From Escherichia coli (GTDB lineage Bacteria > Pseudomonadota > Gammaproteobacteria > Enterobacterales > Enterobacteriaceae), in NCBI RefSeq assembly GCF_045037415.1, contig NZ_CP173438.1: a stretch of 64,000 nucleotides of DNA; one strand, written 5' to 3'. The notes below the pieces were generated by a model. That model was not told the origin of the DNA and did not search any database. It saw only the letters and a list, made by a program, of their open reading frames with translations. The translations under genes and the position numbers were made by a program. This document shows, in pieces, positions 53,188-64,000 of this stretch. Position 1 is the first letter of the stretch; every line of letters starts with the position of its first letter.

Positions 53188-54888
53188 TTACATCAGCTGA
53201 CTTTCCTCACCCTCCGCAGAGCGAAAGCTAATACTCACTAACGTGCCGCCGCCGGAAGGTTGTGAAAAAGTCAGCGTCCCACCCAATCTTTCCGCGCGTT
53301 CGCGCATGATATTCAGACCATAATGGCCTTCGGGTTCTTTCGGTTCACCGATGCCAATCCCGTTGTCGCGAATATAGACTGTGTGATTGCCATCCGGCGC
53401 GGTGACGCAGCTAACGGCGATTTCGCTGGCGTTGGCGTGCTTCATCGCATTCAGCACCGCTTCGCGAATAATTTGCAACAAATGCACCTGCATTTGCGCA
53501 TCCAGCGCCAGGGTTGGCAGACGGCAGTCGAGGGTCAGTTTGGCGCTGGTTTGATTTTGTAACGTATCCAGCATTTCCCTCAACGCGGAGGGGAGATCCG
53601 CCTGCTGCAGCGTCAGGCGGAAAGTAGTCAACAGCTCGCGTAACTGCCGATAAGCATCATTCAACGCCTGGGAAAAATCGGCCATGATACTTTGTGCGGT
53701 GGCGTTATCTTCCGGTATCGAACGCTTCAGTAACGTCAACTGGATACGTAAGTAAGAAAGTACCTGAGCCAGCGAGTCGTGCAATTCGCGGGCGATGGTC
53801 GCACGTTCTTCCATCAACAATAACTGCTGAAAATGCTTCTGCGCCTGATTAAAGTACAAACCGCGTCCCAGCATCGACGAAACGCTGTTAAGCAGCGGTT
53901 CTGATGATGAAACGTGACTATTTTGCCAGTGCAGTTCTCCGTAAACCGTCTCTTGCATTGTCACCGGTAAAATCTGCATCGGCAATTCCGGGTTTGGCTG
54001 CCCTTCGCTAATCCGCCAGTTGTCACCGACATTTAACTCCAGATATTCAGCCGCTTCATTGTCGCGAACAATCTGCAAAATATGGCGGAAACAATGCACA
54101 TCAATCTGGCTGGTGTTTAGCGCCTGCGAACACTGATACAACACCTCCAGACGACGCTTGGCCTCGTGGAGATCGCGGGTCTTTTCTTCTACTGACGCCT
54201 CCAGCGAACGGTACAATTTATGCAGCTCGCTCGACATCTGGTTAAAGGTTTTTGCAAGCAGGCCAAGCTCATTCGGCAGGCTGGTATCCAGCGGCGGCGA
54301 GTCGAACTGCCCGTGTTCAATACGCTGACTGGCGGTAACCAGCTGATTCAGCGGGGCAACCACCTGATGGCGTATGCGGCGCAAAGTAAAAAAGACCAGC
54401 GTGAAAATACCGATGCCGCCAGCCAGGGAAATTGCCACCACCAGCAGCATTTTGCGTTCAGCGTAGTGCTGTAAAGCCAGCACGAACAGGTCTATCTGAT
54501 TAACATAATTATTAATATTGGCCTGATACCACGGCAAGTCGCCCTTGCTGAGCCGATTATTCATCTCCAGCCAGTTGGCATTCAGATGCGCATAGCGGGT
54601 TTTTACTGCCTCTGGCACATACCAGACGTTGAGATTGGTTAATACCGGTGAATGCAGTGCCTGCTGAAATAACTGGCGATGTGCATTGAGTTGTGGACTG
54701 CCACTTTGCAAGTCGTAGCCCAGGCGGTAACTCTGCATACGCAGCGATCCGGCAATATTGATAGCCTCAGCGTCGCGTAAACTGCTCGCCAGCGTTAGCA
54801 GAGCGATACCCGTGGAAAGAATCGACAGCAGCACAATGTAAAAAAAGGCCCGGGCCAGACTGGCCGAGACGGGTCGTTTAACAATCAC
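53188..54888 (-). CDS. narQ: Nitrate/nitrite sensor histidine kinase NarQ
   Basis: 566 aa from GTG start (IVKRPVSASLARAFFYIV). Confidence 0.95.
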   Translation of the reverse strand: MIVKRPVSASLARAFFYIVLLSILSTGIALLTLASSLRDAEAINIAGSLRMQSYRLGYDLQSGSPQLNAHRQLFQQALHSPVLTNLNVWYVPEAVKTRYAHLNANWLEMNNRLSKGDLPWYQANINNYVNQIDLFVLALQHYAERKMLLVVAISLAGGIGIFTLVFFTLRRIRHQVVAPLNQLVTASQRIEHGQFDSPPLDTSLPNELGLLAKTFNQMSSELHKLYRSLEASVEEKTRDLHEAKRRLEVLYQCSQALNTSQIDVHCFRHILQIVRDNEAAEYLELNVGDNWRISEGQPNPELPMQILPVTMQETVYGELHWQNSHVSSSEPLLNSVSSMLGRGLYFNQAQKHFQQLLLMEERATIARELHDSLAQVLSYLRIQLTLLKRSIPEDNATAQSIMADFSQALNDAYRQLRELLTTFRLTLQQADLPSALREMLDTLQNQTSAKLTLDCRLPTLALDAQMQVHLLQIIREAVLNAMKHANASEIAVSCVTAPDGNHTVYIRDNGIGIGEPKEPEGHYGLNIMRERAERLGGTLTFSQPSGGGTLVSISFRSAEGEESQLM

Positions 54889-55093
54889 ACGCGTCTTCTC
54901 CACAAAAAATCATTAATCTTCCAGTTCGCTGAAACGCAATTTAGTCAGTGATGGGATTATTTGATCTGCCACAGTTTATAGCGAAATAGTTACTTATTCT
55001 GGGCACATGAACATTGCCGATTCCCCTGTAAGTCGGGTAATAACAACACTCATATAAAGAATAAGGTTTTTACAACCAAAAAAGAAGGTCGTT

Positions 55094-57073
55094 ATGAATC
55101 GTTTTATTATGGCCAACAGTCAGCAATGTCTGGGTTGTCATGCTTGTGAAATCGCCTGTGTCATGGCTCACAATGACGAGCAACATGTCCTGAGCCAACA
55201 CCATTTTCATCCCCGAATTACGGTTATCAAACATCAGCAGCAACGTAGTGCCGTGACCTGTCACCATTGTGAAGATGCGCCCTGCGCCCGTAGCTGCCCT
55301 AATGGCGCAATCAGCCACGTTGATGACAGCATTCAGGTCAATCAGCAAAAGTGTATTGGCTGTAAATCCTGCGTGGTGGCCTGTCCATTTGGTACGATGC
55401 AAATCGTTCTGACACCCGTTGCGGCAGGAAAAGTAAAAGCCACGGCGCATAAATGCGACCTTTGTGCAGGGCGCGAAAACGGTCCTGCCTGTGTCGAAAA
55501 TTGCCCGGCGGACGCGCTGCAACTGGTCACTGACGCCGCACTCTCCGGCATGGCGAAATCCCGCCGCTTGCGCACCGCACGTCAGGAACATCAACCGTGG
55601 CATGCCAGTACCGCGGCGCAAGAAATGCCGGTAATGAGTAAAGTCGAGCAAATGCAGGCAACGCCCGCGCGTGGCGAGCCAGATAAACTGGCGATTGAAG
55701 CGCGCAAAACCGGTTTTGATGAAATTTATCTGCCATTCCGTGCCGATCAGGCACAACGGGAAGCCTCGCGCTGCCTTAAGTGCGGCGAGCACAGCGTTTG
55801 TGAATGGACCTGCCCGCTGCATAACCATATACCGCAGTGGATTGAACTGGTGAAAGCCGGAAACATCGACGCCGCCGTCGAGCTTTCTCACCAGACCAAC
55901 ACCCTGCCGGAAATTACCGGACGCGTTTGCCCGCAAGACCGTTTGTGTGAAGGTGCCTGTACTATTCGCGATGAGCACGGCGCAGTAACTATCGGTAACA
56001 TTGAACGCTACATTTCAGATCAGGCGTTGGCGAAAGGTTGGCGTCCTGACTTAAGCCATGTCACCAAAGTGGACAAGCGGGTGGCGATTATCGGTGCGGG
56101 TCCGGCAGGGCTGGCCTGTGCAGATGTTCTGACCCGCAATGGCGTGGCGGTGACGGTGTACGATCGCCATCCAGAAATCGGTGGCTTGCTCACTTTCGGC
56201 ATTCCTTCTTTCAAACTGGATAAATCCCTGCTGGCACGCCGTCGGGAAATCTTCAGCGCGATGGGGATTCACTTCGAACTCAATTGTGAAGTGGGTAAAG
56301 ATGTCTCTTTGAATTCGCTTTTGGAACAATACGACGCGGTCTTCGTTGGCGTAGGCACTTACCGTTCCATGAAAGCGGGTTTACCCAATGAAGATGCGCC
56401 GGGCGTTTATGACGCGCTGCCGTTCCTCATCGCCAACACTAAACAGGTGATGGGACTCGAAGAGCTACCGGAAGAGCCGTTTATCAATACCGCCGGACTT
56501 AACGTCGTGGTACTGGGCGGCGGCGACACCGCGATGGACTGTGTGCGTACCGCGCTGCGCCATGGCGCGAGTAACGTCACCTGCGCTTATCGTCGTGATG
56601 AAGCTAACATGCCAGGCTCGAAGAAAGAGGTGAAGAACGCCCGTGAAGAGGGGGCCAACTTCGAATTTAACGTCCAGCCGGTGGCGCTTGAGCTGAATGA
56701 ACAAGGTCACGTCTGCGGGATTCGTTTCCTGCGCACGCGTCTTGGCGAGCCGGATGCCCAGGGACGTCGGCGTCCAGTGCCGGTGGAAGGCAGTGAATTT
56801 GTCATGCCAGCCGATGCGGTGATTATGGCGTTTGGCTTCAATCCGCACGGGATGCCGTGGCTGGAGTCGCACGGTGTAACGGTAGACAAATGGGGCCGCA
56901 TCATCGCGGATGTGGAAAGCCAGTACCGTTACCAGACCACGAATCCGAAAATCTTCGCCGGTGGTGACGCCGTGCGTGGTGCGGATCTGGTGGTTACCGC
57001 AATGGCAGAAGGACGTCATGCGGCACAGGGGATCATTGACTGGCTGGGCGTAAAATCAGTCAAATCTCACTGA
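55094..57073 (+). CDS. aegA: Fe-S/FAD oxidoreductase AegA (glutamate-synthase small-subunit-like)
   Basis: 659 aa; N-terminal 4Fe-4S ferredoxin Cys clusters; NAD(P)-binding GAGPAG. Confidence 0.95.
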   Translation: MNRFIMANSQQCLGCHACEIACVMAHNDEQHVLSQHHFHPRITVIKHQQQRSAVTCHHCEDAPCARSCPNGAISHVDDSIQVNQQKCIGCKSCVVACPFGTMQIVLTPVAAGKVKATAHKCDLCAGRENGPACVENCPADALQLVTDAALSGMAKSRRLRTARQEHQPWHASTAAQEMPVMSKVEQMQATPARGEPDKLAIEARKTGFDEIYLPFRADQAQREASRCLKCGEHSVCEWTCPLHNHIPQWIELVKAGNIDAAVELSHQTNTLPEITGRVCPQDRLCEGACTIRDEHGAVTIGNIERYISDQALAKGWRPDLSHVTKVDKRVAIIGAGPAGLACADVLTRNGVAVTVYDRHPEIGGLLTFGIPSFKLDKSLLARRREIFSAMGIHFELNCEVGKDVSLNSLLEQYDAVFVGVGTYRSMKAGLPNEDAPGVYDALPFLIANTKQVMGLEELPEEPFINTAGLNVVVLGGGDTAMDCVRTALRHGASNVTCAYRRDEANMPGSKKEVKNAREEGANFEFNVQPVALELNEQGHVCGIRFLRTRLGEPDAQGRRRPVPVEGSEFVMPADAVIMAFGFNPHGMPWLESHGVTVDKWGRIIADVESQYRYQTTNPKIFAGGDAVRGADLVVTAMAEGRHAAQGIIDWLGVKSVKSH

Positions 57074-57140
57074 TAGCCTGCGCAGACAAACCCGACTTCA
57101 CAGCGTAAGATAATTGTTCATTTCGCGCTGTGGAGTCGGT

Positions 57141-57716
57141 ATGACGCAACAAATCACCCTCGTTAAAGACAAAATTCTCTCCGATAACTATTTCACCCTG
57201 CACAACATTACTTACGATCTCACGCGCAAAGATGGCGAAGTTATCCGCCATAAACGTGAAGTTTACGATCGCGGTAATGGTGCGACGATCCTCCTGTACA
57301 ACGCGAAGAAAAAGACCGTGGTTCTGATTCGCCAGTTCCGCGTCGCTACCTGGGTTAATGGCAATGAAAGCGGGCAACTGATTGAAACCTGCGCCGGGCT
57401 GCTGGATAACGACGAACCGGAAGTGTGCATTCGCAAAGAAGCGATTGAAGAGACGGGCTATGAAGTTGGCGAAGTCCGCAAATTATTTGAACTGTATATG
57501 TCGCCAGGCGGTGTGACTGAGCTAATCCACTTTTTTATCGCCGAATACAGTGACAGCCAGCGCGCTAACGCCGGTGGTGGTGTCGAAGATGAAGATATTG
57601 AAGTGCTTGAGCTGCCGTTCAGCCAGGCGCTGGAGATGATTAAAACCGGCGAGATACGTGACGGTAAGACGGTGTTATTGCTTAACTATTTGCAAATGTC
57701 ACATTTAATGGACTGA
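57141..57716 (+). CDS. nudK: GDP-mannose pyrophosphatase NudK
   Basis: 191 aa from [13 protein letters not shown]; Nudix box. Confidence 0.9.
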   Translation: MTQQITLVKDKILSDNYFTLHNITYDLTRKDGEVIRHKREVYDRGNGATILLYNAKKKTVVLIRQFRVATWVNGNESGQLIETCAGLLDNDEPEVCIRKEAIEETGYEVGEVRKLFELYMSPGGVTELIHFFIAEYSDSQRANAGGGVEDEDIEVLELPFSQALEMIKTGEIRDGKTVLLLNYLQMSHLMD

Positions 57717-57841
57717 AAAATAACAATAATATTTCGTTGTTTATTATTGGCTCAATCCGACAAATCCGATTGAGCCGCGCTACCTGCGCAACGAAGATAC
57801 GACTTGTGCTGTTTGTTTGAACTTCTGGGGTCGTACCGTCC

Positions 57842-58886
57842 ATGCGATATCGCATTTTCCTTCTCTTTTTTTTCGCTTTGTTGCCGATGTCTTTGGTGTG
57901 GGCGGCACCAGCGCAACGGGCGTTTTCCGACTGGCAGGTCACCTGTAATAATCAAAATTTCTGTGTAGCGCGCAATACGGGCGATCATAATGGACTGGTG
58001 ATGACCCTGAGCCGCAGCGCCGGGGCGCATACCGATGCCGTTTTACGTATTGAGCGCGGCGGGTTGAAGTCGCCGGATGCGTCAGAAGGGGAGATAGCGC
58101 CACGGCTGCTGTTAGATGGTGAGCCGTTGGCGTTAAGTGGTGACAAGTGGCGGATTTCACCATGGTTATTAGTAACCGATGATACGGCAACCATCACCGC
58201 GTTTTTGCAGATGATTCAGGAAGGGAGGGCGATCACCTTACGCGACGGCAATCAGACTATTTCTCTGAGTGGCTTAAAAGCGGCGTTGTTGTTTATTGAT
58301 GCCCAGCAAAAGCGCGTTGGCAGTGAGAACCGCGTGGATAAAGAAAGGGGACGAACCGCCGCTCAGCGTACCGCCAGCGCCTGCGCTGAAAGAGGTCGCG
58401 GTGGTTAACCCAACGCCGACGCCACTCTCACTCGAAGAACGTAACGATTTGCTGGATTATGGAAACTGGCGGATGAATGGTCTGCGCTGTTCGCTTGATC
58501 CGTTACGTCGTGAGGTGAATGTCACTGCGCTGACCGATGATAAAGCGCTGATGATGATTAGCTGTGAGGCAGGGGCCTATAACACCATTGATTTGGCATG
58601 GATTGTGTCGCGTAAAAAGCCGCAGGCCTCGCGCCCGGTACGGTTGCGTTTGCCGTTCAACAACGGTCAGGAGACCAATGAACTGGAACTGATGAACGCA
58701 ACATTCGATGAAAAATCGCGTGAACTGGTGACCTTAGCAAAAGGGCGCGGATTAAGCGATTGTGGCATTCAGGCGCGCTGGCGCTTTGACGGTCAGCGTT
58801 TTCGCCTGGTGCGTTACGCCGCAGAACCCACCTGCGATAACTGGCATGGGCCAGACGCCTGGCCCACGTTGTGGATCACCCGTTAA
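57842..58886 (+). pseudogene. ypfG: ypfG (DUF1176 periplasmic protein) apparently interrupted by a frameshift
   Basis: Two overlapping ORFs in different frames (57842-58408 and 58296-58886) together span the expected length of about 347 aa; switch point near GATAAAGAAAGGGG (58338-58352). Confidence 0.6.
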
Positions 58887-58905
58887 ACAAAATGGCGGGG
58901 ACATG

Positions 58906-58955
58906 TAGACCGGATAAGACGCACCAGCGTCACATCCGACAATCAGCATCCGGCG
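58906..58955. repeat. REP element
   Basis: GACCGGATAAGACGCACCAGCGTCACATCCGACA palindromic unit. Confidence 0.7.
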
Positions 58956-58962
58956 ATCACCA

Positions 58963-60966
58963 TCAGGCACCTTTCACTCCCAGTACCTTATGCGCTTTTG
59001 CCACAATATTCTCGGCGGTAAAGCCAAAGAACGGGAACAGCTTATCCGCCGGAGCTGATTCCCCATAACCTGTCATCCCGACAATTGCCCCTTTCAGGCC
59101 AACATATTTGTACCAGTAATCGGCAATACCCGCTTCTACTGCCACGCGGGCAGAAACATTTGAAGGCAGTACCGACTCCCGATATTTCTCATCCTGGGCA
59201 TCGAAAATATCGGTCGAGGGCAGGGAAACTACGCGAACATTGCGACCTTCTCCCGCTAATTTCTCTGCCGCTTGCAGGGTGATTTCCATCTCTGAACCGG
59301 TGGCAATCAGAATAATATCTGGCTTACCGCCGCTGTCTTTCAGCACATAACCGCCACGAGCAATCTCTTTAACCTGATCCGGTGTTCGTTCTACCTGTGC
59401 CAGATTCTGCCTGGAGAGGATCAGTGCTGTCGGTCCGTTGTGGCGCTCAACCGCCAGCTTCCAGCCAACCGCCGCTTCCACCTGATCGCACGGTCGCCAG
59501 GTGCTGAAATTTGGCGTTAAGCGCAGACTAGCCAGTTGCTCAACAGCCTGGTGCGTCGGACCATCTTCGCCCAGACCAATTGAGTCGTGGGTATAAACCA
59601 TAATCTGCCGCGCTTTCATCAGTGCCGCCATCCGCGCGGCGTTACGGGCGTATTCAACAAACATCAGGAACGTCGCGGTATACGGCACAAAGCCGCCGTG
59701 GTGCGCGATGCCGTTGGCGATAGCGGTCATACCAAATTCACGCACCCCGTAGTGAATGTAGTTGCCCGCCGGATCTTCCTTCAGCGAAACAGAACCTTTC
59801 CAGATGGTCAGGTTGCTGGGAGCCAGATCCGCCGAACCGCCGAGCAACTCAGGCAGCATCGGCCCGTAAGCGTTAAGCGTATTTTGCGAAGCCTTACGGG
59901 TAGCGATTTTCGCCGGATTCGCCTGCAACTCATTGATATATTTCTGAGTCGTTTTCTCCCAGTCCTTCGGCAAACCGCCGCTCATCCGACGGGTAAACTC
60001 TTCTGCCAGTTGCGGATGAGCCTTTTTATAGGCGGCAAACTTCTCATTCCAGCTCTGCTGCGCTTTTTCGCCTTTTTCGCGGGCATCCCAGGCGTGATAA
60101 ATCTCTTTAGGGATCTCAAATGGCGGATGGTGCCAGCCCAGTTTTTGCCGTGCCAGAGCTACTTCTTCTTCCCCCAGCGGTGCGCCGTGCGCCTCTTCCT
60201 TACCTGCTTTATTCGGCGAACCAAAGCCAATCACCGTACGGCAGATAATCAGCGACGGCTTATCTTTCACGCTTTGCGCTTCAAGGATCGCTTCCTTCAC
60301 CGCCTGCGGATCGTGGCCGTCGATCTCGTGGACCACATGCCAGTGATAGGCTTCAAAACGTTTTGCCGTATCGTCGGTAAACCAGCCTTCGGTTTCACCG
60401 TCGATGGAAATACCGTTGTGATCGTAAAAACCAATCAGCTTGCCCAGCCCCAGCGTGCCCGCCAGCGAACAGACTTCGTGAGAGATACCTTCCATCAGGC
60501 AGCCGTCGCCCATAAACACATAGGTGAAGTGATCGACAATTTCATGATCCGGCTGATTAAATTGCGCCGCCAGCGTACGCTCTGCTATCGCCAGCCCGAC
60601 GGCGTTCGCCAAACCTTGTCCAAGAGGACCGGTGGTGGTTTCAACACCTGGCGTATAACCGATTTCCGGGTGACCAGGGGTTTTCGAATGCAACTGACGG
60701 AAGTTCTTCAGTTCTTCCAGTGGCAGGTCGTAACCGGTCAGATGCAGCAAACTGTAGAGCAGCATCGACGCGTGACCGTTGGAAAGAATAAAGCGGTCGC
60801 GATCATACCAGGTTGGGTCGGTAGGGTTATGTTTAAGAAAATCGTTCCACAGCACTTCGGCAATATCAGCCATGCCCATCGGCGCGCCGGGATGACCAGA
60901 ATTGGCTTTTTGTACCGCATCCATACTGAGTGCGCGAATCGCATTGGCAAGGTCTTTTCGGGACAT
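58963..60966 (-). CDS. tktB: Transketolase 2
   Basis: 667 aa from [18 protein letters not shown]; ORF track start is an upstream in-frame extension. Confidence 0.95.
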   Translation of the reverse strand: MSRKDLANAIRALSMDAVQKANSGHPGAPMGMADIAEVLWNDFLKHNPTDPTWYDRDRFILSNGHASMLLYSLLHLTGYDLPLEELKNFRQLHSKTPGHPEIGYTPGVETTTGPLGQGLANAVGLAIAERTLAAQFNQPDHEIVDHFTYVFMGDGCLMEGISHEVCSLAGTLGLGKLIGFYDHNGISIDGETEGWFTDDTAKRFEAYHWHVVHEIDGHDPQAVKEAILEAQSVKDKPSLIICRTVIGFGSPNKAGKEEAHGAPLGEEEVALARQKLGWHHPPFEIPKEIYHAWDAREKGEKAQQSWNEKFAAYKKAHPQLAEEFTRRMSGGLPKDWEKTTQKYINELQANPAKIATRKASQNTLNAYGPMLPELLGGSADLAPSNLTIWKGSVSLKEDPAGNYIHYGVREFGMTAIANGIAHHGGFVPYTATFLMFVEYARNAARMAALMKARQIMVYTHDSIGLGEDGPTHQAVEQLASLRLTPNFSTWRPCDQVEAAVGWKLAVERHNGPTALILSRQNLAQVERTPDQVKEIARGGYVLKDSGGKPDIILIATGSEMEITLQAAEKLAGEGRNVRVVSLPSTDIFDAQDEKYRESVLPSNVSARVAVEAGIADYWYKYVGLKGAIVGMTGYGESAPADKLFPFFGFTAENIVAKAHKVLGVKGA

Positions 60967-60985
60967 ATAACACTCCGTGGCTGGT

Positions 60986-61936
60986 TTATAGTTTGGCGGC
61001 AAGAAGATCTTCCAGTTTGCGTTGATCAACGGCGAACAGACGAATGCCTTCAGACAGTTTTTCTACCGCCATCGCATCCTGATTGTGCTCCCAACGGAAC
61101 TCTGCTTCGCTCATGGGAGCTGGGCGTGGGAACGTCTGAGAAGGTGGGATTAATTTACGTACCACTGGCGAAACTTTTTCCTGTAGCTCCTTCAGCAAAT
61201 TCGGTGCGATAGTCAGTCGGTCGCAGCCGGTTAAGGCGAGGATTTGTTCGGTGCGACGGAAGCTCGCGCCCATCACAATGGTTTCATAGTGGTGTTGCTT
61301 ATAGTAGTCGTAGATATTGCGTACTGATTTAACGCCTGGATCTTCTTCCACCACATACGGGTCCATCGGCTTGCGTGCCTGATACCAGTCATAAATACGC
61401 CCGACAAATGGCGAAATCAGAAAAACGCCTGCTTCTGCACAGGCCCGCGCCTGTGCAAAAGAAAACAGCAGCGTCAGGTTGCAGTTAATACCTTCTTTTT
61501 CCAGCTCTTCTGCCGCGCGAATTCCTTCCCAGGTCGAAGCCAGCTTGATCAGAATGCGCGATTTCTCAACGCCTTGTTGCTGATACAAATCCACCAGATG
61601 GCGCGCCTTCTCAATACTCTTTTCTTTATCAAAAGAGAGGCGTGCATCAACTTCTGTTGACACGCGACCGGGTACGATTTTGAGAATTTCAGCACCGAAA
61701 TTGACCGCCAGTTTGTCACACGCTGCGACCACCTGTTGTTCCTGGGTCTTGCCATTTTTTTTACCCCAGGCGATAGCATCGTCTATTAAATGCTCATATT
61801 GTGATAATCCGGCAGCCTTGAGTAACAGCGAAGGATTGGTGGTGGCATCCTGGGGATGATAATGGCGAATGGACTCAATATCGCCGCTGTCTGCCACGAC
61901 AGTGGTGAACTGTTTGATGCCGTCTAACTCGTTCAT
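60986..61936 (-). CDS. talA: Transaldolase A
   Basis: 316 aa. Confidence 0.95.
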   Translation of the reverse strand: MNELDGIKQFTTVVADSGDIESIRHYHPQDATTNPSLLLKAAGLSQYEHLIDDAIAWGKKNGKTQEQQVVAACDKLAVNFGAEILKIVPGRVSTEVDARLSFDKEKSIEKARHLVDLYQQQGVEKSRILIKLASTWEGIRAAEELEKEGINCNLTLLFSFAQARACAEAGVFLISPFVGRIYDWYQARKPMDPYVVEEDPGVKSVRNIYDYYKQHHYETIVMGASFRRTEQILALTGCDRLTIAPNLLKELQEKVSPVVRKLIPPSQTFPRPAPMSEAEFRWEHNQDAMAVEKLSEGIRLFAVDQRKLEDLLAAKL

Positions 61937-62224
61937 AGGAAATACTCCTTGAAAAGTAAAGTGTTAGATGAGTGCGTTAATTCACACTTCTGAGAAATTT
62001 CGCTAAACGCATCAAAAAAGCATAGCAGACAGGCATGGTATTGCTGGATTAAGCAGGTAACATCAGTGTTATATGATTATTACCAAAACATTATATTAAT
62101 GGTGAGAGTTTGGACTTGCTCAAAGTCTGTAGACTCCGGCAGGGTAATAATGTGCGCCACGTTGTGGGCAGGGGCTGTTGCCCACACAATTTATTTGTGA
62201 ACGTTACGTGAAAGGAACAACCAA

Positions 62225-64000
62225 ATGGATGACCAGTTAAAACAAAGTGCACTTGATTTCCATGAATTTCCAGTTCCAGGGAAAATCCAGGTTTCTCCAA
62301 CCAAGCCTCTGGCAACGCAGCGCGATCTGGCGCTGGCCTACTCACCAGGCGTTGCCGCACCTTGTCTTGAAATCGAAAAAGACCCGTTAAAAGCCTACAA
62401 ATATACCGCGCGCGGTAACCTGGTAGCGGTGATCTCTAACGGTACGGCGGTGCTGGGGTTAGGCAACATTGGCGCGCTGGCAGGCAAACCGGTGATGGAA
62501 GGCAAGGGCGTTCTGTTTAAGAAATTCGCCGGGATTGATGTATTTGACATTGAAGTTGATGAACTCGACCCGGACAAATTTATTGAAGTCGTCGCTGCGC
62601 TCGAACCGACCTTCGGCGGCATCAACCTCGAAGACATTAAAGCGCCAGAATGTTTCTATATTGAACAGAAACTGCGCGAGCGGATGAATATTCCGGTATT
62701 CCACGACGATCAGCACGGCACGGCAATTATCAGCACTGCCGCCATCCTCAACGGCTTGCGCGTGGTGGAGAAAAACATCTCCGACGTGCGGATGGTGGTT
62801 TCTGGCGCGGGTGCCGCAGCAATCGCCTGTATGAACCTGCTGGTAGCGCTGGGTCTGCAAAAACATAACATCGTGGTTTGCGATTCAAAAGGCGTTATCT
62901 ATCAGGGCCGTGAGCCAAACATGGCGGAAACCAAAGCCGCATATGCGGTGGTGGATGACGGCAAACGAACCCTCGATGATGTGATTGAAGGCGCGGATAT
63001 TTTCCTCGGCTGTTCCGGCCCGAAAGTGCTGACCCAGGAAATGGTGAAGAAAATGGCCCGTGCGCCAATGATCCTGGCGCTGGCGAACCCGGAACCGGAA
63101 ATTCTGCCGCCGCTGGCGAAAGAAGTGCGTCCGGATGCCATCATCTGTACCGGTCGTTCCGACTACCCGAACCAGGTGAACAACGTCCTTTGCTTCCCGT
63201 TTATCTTCCGTGGCGCGCTGGACGTTGGCGCAACCGCCATCAACGAAGAGATGAAACTGGCGGCGGTACGCGCGATTGCAGAACTGGCCCATGCGGAACA
63301 GAGTGAAGTGGTGGCTTCAGCGTATGGCGATCAGGATCTGAGCTTTGGTCCGGAATACATCATTCCAAAACCGTTTGATCCGCGCTTGATCGTTAAGATC
63401 GCTCCTGCGGTGGCGAAAGCGGCGATGGAGTCGGGCGTGGCGACGCGTCCGATTGCTGATTTCGACGTCTACATCGACAAGCTGACGGAGTTCGTTTACA
63501 AAACCAACCTGTTTATGAAGCCGATTTTCTCCCAGGCTCGCAAAGCGCCGAAGCGCGTAGTTCTGCCAGAAGGGGAAGAGGCGCGCGTTCTACATGCCAC
63601 TCAGGAACTGGTAACGCTGGGACTGGCGAAACCGATCCTTATTGGTCGTCCGAACGTGATCGAAATGCGCATTCAGAAACTGGGCTTGCAGATCAAGGCG
63701 GGCGTTGATTTTGAGATCGTCAATAACGAATCCGATCCGCGCTTTAAGGAGTACTGGACCGAATACTTCCAGATCATGAAGCGTCGCGGTGTCACTCAGG
63801 AGCAGGCGCAGCGTGCGCTGATCAGTAACCCGACAGTGATCGGCGCGATCATGGTTCAGCGTGGCGAAGCCGATGCAATGATTTGCGGTACGGTGGGCGA
63901 TTATCATGAACACTTTAGCGTGGTGAAAAATGTCTTTGGTTATCGCGATGGCGTTCACACCGCAGGTGCAATGAACGCGCTGCTGTTGCCGAGTGGTAAC
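62225..64000 (+). CDS. maeB: NADP-dependent malic enzyme, 3' end outside window
   Basis: Open frame from ATG at 62225 to the window end (592 codons): [23 protein letters not shown]...; absent from ORF track because no stop in window. Confidence 0.9.
   Translation, partial: MDDQLKQSALDFHEFPVPGKIQVSPTKPLATQRDLALAYSPGVAAPCLEIEKDPLKAYKYTARGNLVAVISNGTAVLGLGNIGALAGKPVMEGKGVLFKKFAGIDVFDIEVDELDPDKFIEVVAALEPTFGGINLEDIKAPECFYIEQKLRERMNIPVFHDDQHGTAIISTAAILNGLRVVEKNISDVRMVVSGAGAAAIACMNLLVALGLQKHNIVVCDSKGVIYQGREPNMAETKAAYAVVDDGKRTLDDVIEGADIFLGCSGPKVLTQEMVKKMARAPMILALANPEPEILPPLAKEVRPDAIICTGRSDYPNQVNNVLCFPFIFRGALDVGATAINEEMKLAAVRAIAELAHAEQSEVVASAYGDQDLSFGPEYIIPKPFDPRLIVKIAPAVAKAAMESGVATRPIADFDVYIDKLTEFVYKTNLFMKPIFSQARKAPKRVVLPEGEEARVLHATQELVTLGLAKPILIGRPNVIEMRIQKLGLQIKAGVDFEIVNNESDPRFKEYWTEYFQIMKRRGVTQEQAQRALISNPTVIGAIMVQRGEADAMICGTVGDYHEHFSVVKNVFGYRDGVHTAGAMNALLLPSGN

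Noticed and set aside
59587-61212. 541-aa plus-strand ORF
   Set aside because: Lies antisense across tktB and talA, which are strongly supported; Arg-rich low-complexity translation typical of antisense reading of GC-rich coding sequence

Overview
The window has two parts. Positions 1 to about 23,458 are the right arm of an integrated tailed-phage prophage with a podovirus-type late region (epsilon15-like by gene order; T7-like tail-tube layout): portal (5' partial), scaffold, major capsid, tail adaptor and nozzle, three large internal virion proteins, a tailspike with a C-terminal S74-type chaperone domain, and a lysis cassette (membrane proteins, GH19-type endolysin, Rz/Rz1). The prophage ends at a junction that retains the last codons of guaA (ATTGAGTGGGAATGA) and its terminator. 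Positions 23,566 to 64,000 are ordinary E. coli core chromosome in the K-12 order yfgI through maeB (inverted relative to K-12), with typical REP elements and recognisable PurR, BaeR and upp regulatory sites. The most interesting region is a reverse-oriented cargo cassette (16.6-18.7 kb) inserted between the virion-core genes and the tailspike gene. It contains a near-consensus LexA (SOS) box in front of a small gene, an AntA-like antirepressor gene whose C-terminal domain is paralogous to that small protein, an unrecognised 210-aa protein, and three copies of a TTACC-N5-GGTAA palindrome at its promoters. An AT-rich lipoprotein moron lies beside it. In the host part, ypfG appears frameshifted and the hyf-focB operon is absent between bcp and perM. 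All family assignments are from reading the translations, not from database searches.
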